A stretch of 64,000 nucleotides of DNA, taken from positions 2,027 to 66,026 of the forward strand of contig MFEL01000012.1 of the NCBI GenBank assembly GCA_001777575.1. Direction: 5' to 3'. Every line of letters begins with the position of its first letter. Positions within the stretch are counted from its first letter, which is position 1. Of this stretch, positions 9,716 to 18,985 are shown in pieces. The position numbers and the translations under genes were made by a program. The notes beneath the pieces are model-generated. The model saw only the letters and a list, made by a program, of their open reading frames with translations. It made no database searches and had not been told where the DNA came from. This stretch comes from Candidatus Doudnabacteria bacterium RIFCSPHIGHO2_01_FULL_46_24. Its GTDB lineage: Bacteria > Patescibacteriota > Doudnabacteria > UBA920 > O2-02-FULL-48-8.

Positions 9716-9777
9716 CCAATCGCCAGCCCCGCGCTTGGTCTTTTTTTTTAGATTAATGACGGTAAAATAGTCATGCT

Positions 9778-9798
9778 AACATGCTAGCATGTTATAAT
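9778..9798 (+). promoter_or_regulatory. Extended -10 promoter overlapped by a perfect 16-bp palindrome
   Basis: AACATGCTAGCATGTT (9778-9793) overlapping TGtTATAAT. Confidence 0.55.
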
Positions 9799-10127
9799 AC
9801 AGTCAAGGATAAAAAACAGGCAAGTAAGTGCCTCATATTTTAGGCAATCTTGCTAGCCGAAGGCAAAGCCAACAGTCTGTCTTAGGACGGAAGAAAAAAG
9901 AAGCGCCGTTTCCCTCCTCCTAGGGGGGCGTGCGCGGGTGTGAGTCATGAAGCAATGGGCTGAGGATATTTGAGAACAGACTCCACGCCACCCAAAGCCA
10001 GAATGGAATCTGCAGAAGCACGACAGTGAAAGCGTGGCACCCGAACTCTTTGGCGACCACTGTCGAACTCATCCATACGAGATTCACGCAAACTGTCGCC
10101 GAGCCGCCAATTGGCGGAGGCAATTTT

Positions 10128-10157
10128 CAAAGGCTCAACCGTACGGTTGAGCCTTTG
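10128..10157. terminator. Perfect 30-bp palindrome, likely bidirectional terminator
   Basis: caaaggctcaaccgtacggttgagcctttg. Confidence 0.65.
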
Positions 10158-10168
10158 CTGGTCTAAAA

Positions 10169-11614
10169 TTAATTGTTTGGCCGGACTTCGGCTTCGGGAA
10201 TATCCAGGCCGGGAAGCGGCATGGGCTTAATGATTGGCGCTTCTGGCTGGCTGTCCAGAACATCCTTGACCAAGGGGACGATGACGCTGCTTCCATAGAA
10301 GCCGTCCGCGGCAGACTTGATGGGGAAGATCAGAGATGGCACAAAGATATCCTCCCATTTGCCGCCCAAATCATGCCACAGCCTGACTAAGCCGCGGAAC
10401 GGTGTGTTCAATTCCACAATTTCGGTTTTGGCGCCTGGCTCGCTGTAAGGATACCAAGTGCGGAAACCGCCGCGCTCGGCAATCGCCTTAATCCGACTGA
10501 CATCGGTCTCGACGTCGTAAGCTGAGGCTTCATAGCGCTGGTTAGTCAGCTCGGAGACTGATGAGACCCTATTAACTCTAACACTGTAAGTTACGAACAT
10601 GCCGTTTTTGTTACCGCCCTCGTCATAGATTTCAGCCCCGGCCACTTTCAGCGGATAGACTACAGAGACGACATCAGGAATGTAATAGGACATTTTGTCC
10701 GACGACGAAAGTCTTTCGTAATCCAGCTTCCAGTAATTCTGGACCATGGGCTCACCGAAGTTTTCCCGGCCGATGCCGTATTCGTCGAGGAAAGCGTTGG
10801 TGGCGGCAATCACGGCTTCATCAGCCGGGATCTGCTCGGGCCTGAGCCGATACTGCTCATAGCACTCCGGGGTTTGGCATTGCCGGTCCGGAGTTTGCCA
10901 CCGCTCCCAGTTCTCAGAAATGTTAATTGTTCCTTCCTTAAGGTCGACATTGAGGCCATAGCCGAAATCGCGATCCTCAGCCACACGGAAGTATTCCAGT
11001 TTGCTTTGGCCGAATTTACCGGCGTCAAAAATTTGGACCGCGAACTGGCTGATGAATTCGTTGAAATCAACGCTGCCGAACCCTTTTACGCGGCGGTAGA
11101 CTTCCATTTTGTCTTGATCAATGCCGAAGTCCTCGCCGGCATACACGAATTTGTAATTGGTGGGAACCGGCATGATGCTGCTGCCGCCGCCAAAACCAGC
11201 GCTGCTTCTTTCCGCTTCCAAAGCCGCGGGTAAAGCCGCGTCTGCAGGCCCACCGCCCCCGCCGCCCTGGCCTTTGGCGGAGACGGACACTTTGGTCAAC
11301 GCGCCAAACGCCCCTTCGCCGGCAAGAGCGATCTCCTGCTTGCCAGGCAGCAGAACTTTGTCGCTGCCCGATAGCACGGCGATCAATGCCACCGCCGCAA
11401 TCACTGCCCCGGCAATGGCGAATTTGAATCTGCTCATAAAGTTAAAATTCTGAGTTAATAATTGTTTCTCTTCCCGGGCCATATGCCCAGACAATTGGGC
11501 TCTCAGTCTTAGCGCAAACTTTGGGTCAGGTTTTTCCTGGCTTTGAATTGACCGTAATTTGGCCATCAAAAGCTCGGTCTGTTCGTCTTCAAATTGTTCG
11601 CGGTTGTCGTTCAT
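10169..11614 (-). CDS. Membrane-anchored hypothetical protein, probable anti-sigma factor
   Basis: Overlaps the ECF sigma stop (ATGA); P.PKF..RLRAQL N-terminus, single TM, large extracytoplasmic part. Confidence 0.6.
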   Translation of the reverse strand: MNDNREQFEDEQTELLMAKLRSIQSQEKPDPKFALRLRAQLSGHMAREEKQLLTQNFNFMSRFKFAIAGAVIAAVALIAVLSGSDKVLLPGKQEIALAGEGAFGALTKVSVSAKGQGGGGGGPADAALPAALEAERSSAGFGGGSSIMPVPTNYKFVYAGEDFGIDQDKMEVYRRVKGFGSVDFNEFISQFAVQIFDAGKFGQSKLEYFRVAEDRDFGYGLNVDLKEGTINISENWERWQTPDRQCQTPECYEQYRLRPEQIPADEAVIAATNAFLDEYGIGRENFGEPMVQNYWKLDYERLSSSDKMSYYIPDVVSVVYPLKVAGAEIYDEGGNKNGMFVTYSVRVNRVSSVSELTNQRYEASAYDVETDVSRIKAIAERGGFRTWYPYSEPGAKTEIVELNTPFRGLVRLWHDLGGKWEDIFVPSLIFPIKSAADGFYGSSVIVPLVKDVLDSQPEAPIIKPMPLPGLDIPEAEVRPNN

Positions 11615-12138
11615 GGTTTTGCGCCAATTAATGCCTGCCGCAGGCTCGATATCGCCCGCGAGAACATGACCTTTGAATTGGCTTCGGAAACGTTCAGGAT
11701 CTGGGCAATTTCCTTGTGCGACAGATCATCCCAGATGCGCAGGAGGATGATTTCCCGCTGCTGCGGTTGAAGTGCGGCAAGAAATTGCTTGACCGATTCG
11801 GCATCCAAGGCCCGGTCCAGCCCGTTGGCTAAATTTTCGCCGCTCACAACCTCTACTGATCCAATATCAAATGTGGGCTGATTGCGGCGGTAATGGTCAA
11901 TTAACGCGTTTCGCGCAATCGCATATACCCAAGGCTTAAAACCGGCGCCGTGTTCGCGAAAAGTGCCGACGCGCTTGACTATGTTGGTAAACACGGTGCT
12001 GACGATGTCCTCGGCTGTCTGCTTGTGCCGGACGCGGTTGTAAACAAATGCGTAGATTTTGGGCAGGTAAACTTCGTAGAGCTCATCGAAGTTTGACCAA
12101 TTCCCCATCTGGCACTGTTTAGCTATGTCTGATTCCAT
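11611..12138 (-). CDS. ECF RNA polymerase sigma factor
   Basis: AEDIVS.VF, FKPWVYAIARN and region 4 (LQPQQREII..SHKEIAQIL); start set at MESDIAK. Confidence 0.9.
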   Translation of the reverse strand: MESDIAKQCQMGNWSNFDELYEVYLPKIYAFVYNRVRHKQTAEDIVSTVFTNIVKRVGTFREHGAGFKPWVYAIARNALIDHYRRNQPTFDIGSVEVVSGENLANGLDRALDAESVKQFLAALQPQQREIILLRIWDDLSHKEIAQILNVSEANSKVMFSRAISSLRQALIGAKP

Positions 12139-12193
12139 GGAATTCCATATAGTAATACGTATGAACCGCAAAATGGTAACAATTTTGGCCAGA

Positions 12194-13890
12194 TCACCAG
12201 CTTCCGCCGCCTCCGCCGCCAAAACCACCGCCCGCTCCGCCGCCGCTAAAGCCGCTGCCGCCTGTGGCGGCGCTGCTGGGTGAAACGGCCTGGGTGGAAG
12301 CTACGGCAAAACCATTCAGGCTTTTGGAAAACGCGATGGCGCTGAAAGTGCCCATACTCGGATCCGAATACCACGAAGGGTTTTGGTTATAAATGCCCTC
12401 AAACTGCCTGGCCCATGCTTTTTCCACGCCCAAAACCATGGCAAAGGGCAAAAGCTTTTCGAATCGAGTGGGATTTAGCTCAGGCGCGTTGTGAAATGCC
12501 AGACGATCCTTCTCCGCGACTGTAATGTATTCCTTCAACCCCAAAACTTGCCGCTTCGCCTCGGCTCCTTTGGCTGTCAGAGCTGGCATGAATTGGGCGA
12601 AAACAAGCAGCAGTATGCCAGTCGGGATCACCCCAATTAAACCCAAAAGACCAACCAACGGCAGAAGTATGGACAAAAAAAATCCAAGGACTATCAGAAC
12701 TCCGCCCCACACCGAATACTTGATCCGAATCTTGTTGGGGTTGCCGGCAAAATAGCCCTTTTGCGTCAGGTCTTGATAGAGCTTGTCTGAAATTTTTTTA
12801 GCTGTTTTGTAAAAATCATCAGGCAGCTCTGAAATCAATATTTCCGGCTTGTCGCCGAACAACTTGTTCAAAAGATCGTTTTCATGAGGCGGCAACGCGG
12901 CAGCGTTTGGCAGGCGGACTAGTTTGTAGTCACTGACGCCCAAAAACTTTTTTTCGGCACCTTTTCGATTTTCAAAAATTCCAGCACCGCCAGATGGATG
13001 ATTTCGGACGATAAATCCTTTTTGTTGACTCGGCCGTCAATAATCGTGCCAACCTCGGCCGGCGTCAAATCCGAAGGCGGATCATACTCGGCCACAATCG
13101 GACTCTGGCCTTTGGGATCGCGGCCAAATTTCCACCAGCGGTGAAGGAGCCAAATCAAAACCAGCAGTGGGATGAGTAATGGCCAAAAAGTCTGAAGTCG
13201 GCGGAAGAATATCTGCATGGCGGTAGGCTGGGCCACCACATTTTTGGGAAAGCCGAACGCAAACGTCAGACCTTCACCCGGCTGCAGGTGAGAGTCGGCA
13301 AACTGAACCGAGCCGTCCGACAAAACTTCAGTTTGAACACAAGATGTGTTTGATCCAAATGAACCGCGGAAGCAATCCAGCTTCAAGTCTTTCTCAGCCA
13401 CAAATTGTGGTAAAAAAACCTGCGCGAACACGGACTCGATGGGCACTTGCCAGTCCGTGCCAGTGACGTTCCAATAAAGCTCATCATGCTCTTCAAAGTA
13501 ATTGATCGCGCCTTTAATCGTATAGCTGATGGCAAACGTCTGTTTCCCGCTTATCAGCTCATTAGTATTGCCGATTTTGATTTGCTTGTTTTTACCAGAA
13601 CCTAATAGTTGAAACGGCTCCGGCTTATCATTGCGCGAGACGGCAACATCCGATATCCGCAGCTTATCCAGCGGGATGTCCCGGTAAATGCCGTGGCGCG
13701 ACAAAACGCCGAAATTATAGACAATGGTTTCTTCGACGAGCAAGGAGGCATTAGGCTGGATATGGATGACTACATCAAAAGCCTCAATTTGCTCCGGCTG
13801 ATCCGAATCCTGCGTCTCGTGCGCAAAAGTTGGCAAAACCAAAACCAGCGCTGTGAGCAAAGCAACAATTAAAATAACAGCTCTTCGCAT
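12194..13890 (-). pseudogene. DUF2207 membrane protein split by a 1-nt frameshift (ORFs 12919-13890 and 12194-12943)
   Basis: N-half has HGIYRDIP and ELYWNVTG; C-half has FEKLLPFAMVLGV and GGGFGGGGGGSW; junction lies in an A7 run at 12948-12954. Confidence 0.8.
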
Positions 13891-13899
13891 ATTGACTTG

Positions 13900-16155
13900 T
13901 TATGTATGTCGCGAGAATCTCGGACCGCCTCCGCGCCGACCCGCTCCGCCATCGCGTGAGCGAGGCGAGGGGCCGCCGTTGTCGTGGCGCCCTCCGCGAT
14001 CCCTGGGACGGTCGTCAATGGTGCCGCCTTCCGGGCGGGGCAGAAGAATTTTGTGCGAGAGGTTCAGCCGGCCCATCTGGTCTATTTCCACAATCTTGAC
14101 TTCCAGCGGGTCGCCGATCTTGACCACGTCTTCCACCCGTCCCACGCGGTGCCAGGCCAGCTCGGAAATATGCACCAAGCCCTCGGCGCTGCTGCCAGCA
14201 ACCAGTTCCACAAACGCGCCAAAGTCCATGATGCGGCTGACTTTGCCCGTAAAAATTTCTCCAACTTTGAATTCGCGCGTTAAATTTTTGATCCAGTCAA
14301 TGGCTTTTTTGGACTGCTCCGCGTCTTTGGACGCGACCATGACTAAACCCGAATCCTCGATGTCGATTTTGACTCCGGTTTCGGCAATAATTTTGTTGAT
14401 AATCTTGCCGCCGGTGCCGATGACGTCGCGGATTTTTTCCGGATTGATCATAAAAGAGATGATGCGCGGCGCAAAGGGCGACAGCTCAGGCCGCGGCTGA
14501 GTAATAGTCTGCTTCATGACGGAAAGAATATGCATCCGGCCGTCCTTGGCCTGCTTTAAGGCCTGCTCGAGGATCTCAACGGTCAATCCCAGAGTTTTGA
14601 CATCCATTTGCAAAGCCGTGATGCCTTTTTCCGAACCCGTGACTTTGAAGTCCATGTCGCCGTTGCCGTCTTCTATGCCCTGGATATCAGTCAGAACTTT
14701 GAACTTGCCGGACTCGGAGTCCAGCACCAAACCCATGGCCACGCCGCCAATCATAGCCGTGATCGGCACCCCGGCATCCATCAAAGCCAAACAAGAGCCG
14801 CAAGTCGATGCCATGCTGGTGGAACCGTTGGACGACAAGACTTCGGACACCAGGCGCATGGTGTAGGGAAACGATTCTTTGTCGACCGGGAGCACGGGCT
14901 CCAAGGCGCGCTCAGCCAAAGCGCCGTGGCCGACTTCTCGGCGGCCGGGGCCCCGCACGGGAGCGACCTCGCCCACGCTGAAGCCGGGAAAATTGTAATG
15001 GTGAATGTAGCGCTTAACCGTGCCGTCTGCTGTAAAGTCTTCCATGCCGTCCAAAATCTGGGCATCACCCGACGAGCCGAGCGTGACAGTGGTCAGGACC
15101 TGGGTTTCGCCGCGATTAAACAGCCCGGAGCCGTGAGTGCGCGGCAGCACGCCAACTTTGGCCGAAACCGGGCGGGTCTCAGTCAGCGGCCGTTCATCCA
15201 CGCGCCGTTCTTTTTCCAAAATGTTGGCGCGGATGATCTTCTTAGTCAATTTTTCCAAAGCCAGCCCGATATGGATCGCCACAACAATATCCGTCCTGTC
15301 TTTGAGTTTTTCCGAGACTTCGAGAGCGATTTTTTCCGCCACTTGCTTCATGCCTGCTTCCCGCTCTTCCTTGGGGAATTTGCCGAACATGGCCTTTTCA
15401 AGCTCATCGCGGTAATTCATAACTTCCGCAAGCACCGCTTCATCCGGCAAAATCCTGGTCACCTCCACTTTCGGCACACCAATCTGCTTGGCTAAATCAT
15501 TCTGCAGGCCGATGAGTTGTTTGAGGTGCGGTTGGGCGAATTTCAAAGCCTGGATCATGTCTTCCTCGGCCACTTGTTTAGCGCCCGCTTCCACCATCAT
15601 AATATTTTTTTCGGTTCCCGAAACCACCAAATCCAAATCCCCGGTTTTGCGCTCTTCGTAGGAAGGGTTGGCGATAAATTCGCCATTGACCCTGCCCACT
15701 CTCACGGCTGCGATCGGGCCCTGGAACGGAATGACCGACGCGGTCAGAGCGGCTGATACGGCATTGATGGCCACAATATCCGGATCATTAACTTCGTCCA
15801 CGGACAAAATCGTGGCAATGACCTGGACTTCATTGCGCATGCCTTCGGGAAACAGCGGACGGATAGAGCGGTCAATTAAACGGCCGGAAAGAATGGCTTC
15901 GTCCGTGGCCCGGCCTTCGCGTTTGATAAACCGCGAGCCTTTGATCTTACCTGAAGCGTAAAGCCGTTCTTCGTAATCCACCAGAAGCGGAAAATAATCC
16001 ATGCCTTCCTTGACCTTGCCCATCATGGCCGTGGCCAAAACCACGGTATCACCCAATTGTCCCAGCACCGCGCCATGCGCTTGCATGGCCAATTCGCCGG
16101 TTTCAAACGAAATTTGCTTGCCGGCCAGTTCTAACGAGACTTGTCCTTTTTTCAT
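13900..16155 (-). CDS. pnp: Polyribonucleotide nucleotidyltransferase
   Basis: FPLLVDYEE, RLIDRSIRPLF, HGSGLFNRGETQ and GDMDFKV motifs; KH and S1 domains. Confidence 0.98.
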   Translation of the reverse strand: MKKGQVSLELAGKQISFETGELAMQAHGAVLGQLGDTVVLATAMMGKVKEGMDYFPLLVDYEERLYASGKIKGSRFIKREGRATDEAILSGRLIDRSIRPLFPEGMRNEVQVIATILSVDEVNDPDIVAINAVSAALTASVIPFQGPIAAVRVGRVNGEFIANPSYEERKTGDLDLVVSGTEKNIMMVEAGAKQVAEEDMIQALKFAQPHLKQLIGLQNDLAKQIGVPKVEVTRILPDEAVLAEVMNYRDELEKAMFGKFPKEEREAGMKQVAEKIALEVSEKLKDRTDIVVAIHIGLALEKLTKKIIRANILEKERRVDERPLTETRPVSAKVGVLPRTHGSGLFNRGETQVLTTVTLGSSGDAQILDGMEDFTADGTVKRYIHHYNFPGFSVGEVAPVRGPGRREVGHGALAERALEPVLPVDKESFPYTMRLVSEVLSSNGSTSMASTCGSCLALMDAGVPITAMIGGVAMGLVLDSESGKFKVLTDIQGIEDGNGDMDFKVTGSEKGITALQMDVKTLGLTVEILEQALKQAKDGRMHILSVMKQTITQPRPELSPFAPRIISFMINPEKIRDVIGTGGKIINKIIAETGVKIDIEDSGLVMVASKDAEQSKKAIDWIKNLTREFKVGEIFTGKVSRIMDFGAFVELVAGSSAEGLVHISELAWHRVGRVEDVVKIGDPLEVKIVEIDQMGRLNLSHKILLPRPEGGTIDDRPRDRGGRHDNGGPSPRSRDGGAGRRGGGPRFSRHT

Positions 16156-16349
16156 CGTCTAAACCTTTTTGTTTCGCAGTCAGCCAGAGAAACCAGAAGT
16201 AATATTTAAAGCCAATTTATAAATTACGGATTGCGAATTGCGGATTAATTCATAATTCTCTAATTTGCTCAAAATAACACCTCTGCTGTCCAGCTTATGC
16301 GAAAATTAATTACTTAATTAGATCCCGGATCGGAGTCCGGGATGGTCGA

Positions 16350-16616
16350 CTATTTGTTGAGCTTGAGTTTGTCGACCAGCTTCTCGTGCCGCTTTTCATC
16401 TTCGGCTTTCAAATATCGCAGCAAGCGGCGGCGGTTGCCGACCATCTTCAGCAACCCGCGGCGCGAGTGGTTGTCTTTTTTGTGCTGCTGCAAATGCTCG
16501 GAAACCTTTTCGATCTCCCGGGTCAAGATCGCCACCTGCACTTCCGGGCTGCCAGTGTCATCCTTGTGGACCTGAAACTTTTTGATGATCTGGTCTTTCT
16601 CCTTGGGCGTTAACAT
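16350..16616 (-). CDS. rpsO: 30S ribosomal protein S15
   Basis: [29 protein letters not shown]. Confidence 0.98.
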   Translation of the reverse strand: MLTPKEKDQIIKKFQVHKDDTGSPEVQVAILTREIEKVSEHLQQHKKDNHSRRGLLKMVGNRRRLLRYLKAEDEKRHEKLVDKLKLNK

Positions 16617-16631
16617 CTTTTGCTCCTTGCG

Positions 16632-16663
16632 TCACGAAACAGCCAGGAAAGTGCTGTCCGTGG
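16632..16663 (-). promoter_or_regulatory. Putative S15 leader hairpin
   Basis: cacggacagc...gctgtttcgtg stem just before the AAGGAG RBS of rpsO. Confidence 0.4.
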
Positions 16664-16671
16664 ATTAAATA

Positions 16672-16998
16672 TCATTTTGGGAATACAACTAAATTGCCAA
16701 GTTCTTGAATGTCGTTGTCAGAAATCAAATTTTTCTGCCGCAAGATATCTGCCAAGCGGTTAACCTTTTCGTCCTCTTTGCGAAGTTTGGTTGTCAAATC
16801 GCCTTGCAGGTTGGCAATTTTATCGTCTAAATAAGATTTAGTCGGTAATTGCTCCAGCTTGTCATGAATCGCTTGAAGTGCTGGTTCTAAATTATGTTCC
16901 CAAACTTGAGTAAAAGCCGCATTAAAAGCTTTAGGTAATGCTTTTTCAAAGCGCCCATCAAACAAATCCCCTATTTGTTTTAAGTCTTTCTCTTCCAT
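16672..16998 (-). CDS. Hypothetical coiled-coil protein
   Basis: 108-aa helical ORF starting 3 nt after the RT stop. Confidence 0.7.
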   Translation of the reverse strand: MEEKDLKQIGDLFDGRFEKALPKAFNAAFTQVWEHNLEPALQAIHDKLEQLPTKSYLDDKIANLQGDLTTKLRKEDEKVNRLADILRQKNLISDNDIQELGNLVVFPK

Positions 16999-17001
16999 GC
17001 C

Positions 17002-18162
17002 TTAAAGTTTAGCATTTTTTTGGGATCCAAGCAACCAGCTTAAATTTATAAGTTCTTGGCATAATTTATGGGTATTCCCGTGTTTCAACAGGCCTAAATA
17101 GGATTGAGTATTGTTTTCGTTAAATTTTTTGAGCATCCGCTTCTTCGTGGTCGTGCGAAGTATTCTACGGTTCGGAAAGTTCACCCAGCCCAAGAAATCA
17201 ATGCCTGAAGCAAAAATCTTAAGAATAATTTTGTCGGGATGCAAGTCTAACCTAAGTTTATCTTTAAGAAAACTTAGGATTGTAGCGCGCTGATTTATCA
17301 GCTCTGGTCTGCTGTGGGACAATATTACAAAGTCATCAGCATAACGAATGTAATATCTGACTTTTAATTCATGCTTCATAAACTGGTCAAACTGGTTCAT
17401 GTAGATGTTAACTAACAGCTGGGAAGTGAGGTTCCCGAGCGGCAGACCGACGCCAGCCCTCTTCCCATCCCCGCTGGGAATATCTGTCGAGTTGAGCGGG
17501 GATCTTGGAATAGATCCCCGATTACGTGGCCAAGTCCTTGCCTCGGGGATGGACAAAGAGGAAGCGGCTTCGCTCCCAAAGCTCCCAATAATCTCCTCCA
17601 GCAACCACAGAATATCCATATCCGGAATATATTCTTTCAGGATGCCAAGCAAGATATCATGGTCAATATTCGCAAAGAACTTTTTGATATCCAGCTTCAA
17701 AACCCAGCACGTTTTGCGATTGTAGTTGCTGACTTCCAAGAACATAGCTCGGAACCGCCTGATAGCCCTATGTGTTCCTTTGTCTACTCTGCATGAATAA
17801 GAATCATAAATGAAAGTTTTGTCAAAAAATGGATACAAAATCCAGTAAACTGCGTGATGAACCAGGCGATCCCTTACGGAAGCCTTGCTTATTTGCCGCG
17901 GCTTGGGATCGGAAATATTAAACTGCTCATAACCGCCATGTTTGTAAGTTTTATTTACAAGCTCCTCGTGAAGTTGTAATATATTATCAATTAAATTAAC
18001 TGAAAATTTCTGCACGTCTGGCTTGTTCCGTTTGCCGCGGATAAATTCCTGCCAGGCCGCGAATAAATTTTCAAGCGAAATAATTTCTTGATATGCCAAT
18101 AACGACCCCCCCCCAACGGAATTTTGAGACTTTGAATTTACCGGCTCTCCAGAAGCTGTCAT
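17002..18162 (-). CDS. DGR reverse transcriptase
   Basis: KPRQI..ASVRDRLVHHA, LKLDIKKFF..IDH, GLPLGNLTSQ (DGR-type SQ), RYADD and GIDFLG motifs; no maturase/endonuclease domain; start uncertain. Confidence 0.95.
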   Translation of the reverse strand: MTASGEPVNSKSQNSVGGGSLLAYQEIISLENLFAAWQEFIRGKRNKPDVQKFSVNLIDNILQLHEELVNKTYKHGGYEQFNISDPKPRQISKASVRDRLVHHAVYWILYPFFDKTFIYDSYSCRVDKGTHRAIRRFRAMFLEVSNYNRKTCWVLKLDIKKFFANIDHDILLGILKEYIPDMDILWLLEEIIGSFGSEAASSLSIPEARTWPRNRGSIPRSPLNSTDIPSGDGKRAGVGLPLGNLTSQLLVNIYMNQFDQFMKHELKVRYYIRYADDFVILSHSRPELINQRATILSFLKDKLRLDLHPDKIILKIFASGIDFLGWVNFPNRRILRTTTKKRMLKKFNENNTQSYLGLLKHGNTHKLCQELINLSWLLGSQKNAKL

Positions 18163-18485
18163 CAGGGTTTAAACTCTGGAATAATTATTTGCCAAGGATA
18201 CCGAGGTTAATCAGATATTCCCTGGGAGAAAAGATTAGCAGCTTGTTTATTGACATACTTGAACTCTTGCTCATTGCCGGATATTCGGACAAACAGAATA
18301 AACTGCCGATCTTGCAAAAAGCCAGCATCAAGCTTGATTTGCTGAAATATTTCCTGCAAACTGCTTTTGAACTTAAAGCCATAGATAACAATAAACTCGC
18401 GGCCCTAGCGGTTCCGCTTGCCGATGTGGGCAGGCAACTAGGTGGCTGGCTTAGAGACCTGGCTAAACAAACTCCTCCAAACTAA
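18093..18485 (+). CDS. avd: DGR accessory variability determinant (Avd-like four-helix bundle)
   Basis: PRLIRYSLGEKI, LDLLKYFL and VGRQLGGW motifs; 130 aa; lies between RT and TR. Confidence 0.85.
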   Translation: MPITTPPQRNFETLNLPALQKLSSGFKLWNNYLPRIPRLIRYSLGEKISSLFIDILELLLIAGYSDKQNKLPILQKASIKLDLLKYFLQTAFELKAIDNNKLAALAVPLADVGRQLGGWLRDLAKQTPPN

Positions 18486-18496
18486 TGGAGGAGTTT
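18469..18496. terminator. 11-bp hairpin at the avd 3' end / 3' of TR
   Basis: aaactcctcca-aactaa-tggaggagttt, with a T run on +. Confidence 0.6.
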
Positions 18497-18513
18497 TTGC
18501 AATCCAAAGAAAG

Positions 18514-18608
18514 TTGCGACCGCCGAACCAGTTGTTGTCGTTCCAGTCGTTCACACTGCGCTTGACGTTGACGTTGCGCACGTCGTCGTTCCGGTAGAAG
18601 TTGGCGAA
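18514..18608 (-). repeat. DGR template repeat (TR)
   Basis: 95 bp, AAC-rich; colinear with 18990-19084 without gaps. Confidence 0.95.
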
Positions 18609-18985
18609 TCGTGCAAAGTACCATCCGATCTGCAAAAAAAGCAGGCTGATTATTTTGCGGGAATAAAAACCCGACCAGTATTTTACACCAAGTTTCTTTG
18701 GAAACTTCTTGTTAAGCGGCACTCTGCCCTAAGCCTTGACCGAGAGCATCCTGGCGGTTTAACAATGCGAGATAAACAATCTGAAGCCTTAGCCGCAGAT
18801 ATTTTCAAATTTATCTGAAATTATCTTAGCAAATTTTTTTGCTCCGACGCAAGGTCGGAGTCCCGACCTCTGAAAGAGCGTTGGGACAAAAAAGAAGAAG
18901 CCTTGTCGAATTGCTCAACAAGGCTTCCCAAAACGCGAGGGTCCAAGGGCTCAAAAGAACATAGAACCCAAGGAACCCGAGAACC

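Noticed and set aside
9028-9756. 242-aa + strand ORF, and the many long antisense ORFs over pnp, the ABC genes, the pil genes and the giant gene
   Set aside because: Shadow frames of well-supported opposite-strand genes, with no motifs
9815-9900. c-di-GMP-I riboswitch (GGCAA..GCAAAGCC)
   Set aside because: Only fragments of the consensus are present; no GNRA-capped P2 or matching P3 found, and no downstream gene
12947-12954. Programmed -1 frameshift at A_AAA_AAG
   Set aside because: The zero-frame codons are AAA AAA AGT, so the heptamer is out of register
17002-18162. RT as a group II intron or retron
   Set aside because: It has the SQ motif, no maturase or endonuclease extension, and an adjacent avd plus TR/VR pair
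18438-18722. 94-aa ORF across TR
   Set aside because: TRs are often open because they mirror VR; no RBS; better explained as template RNA
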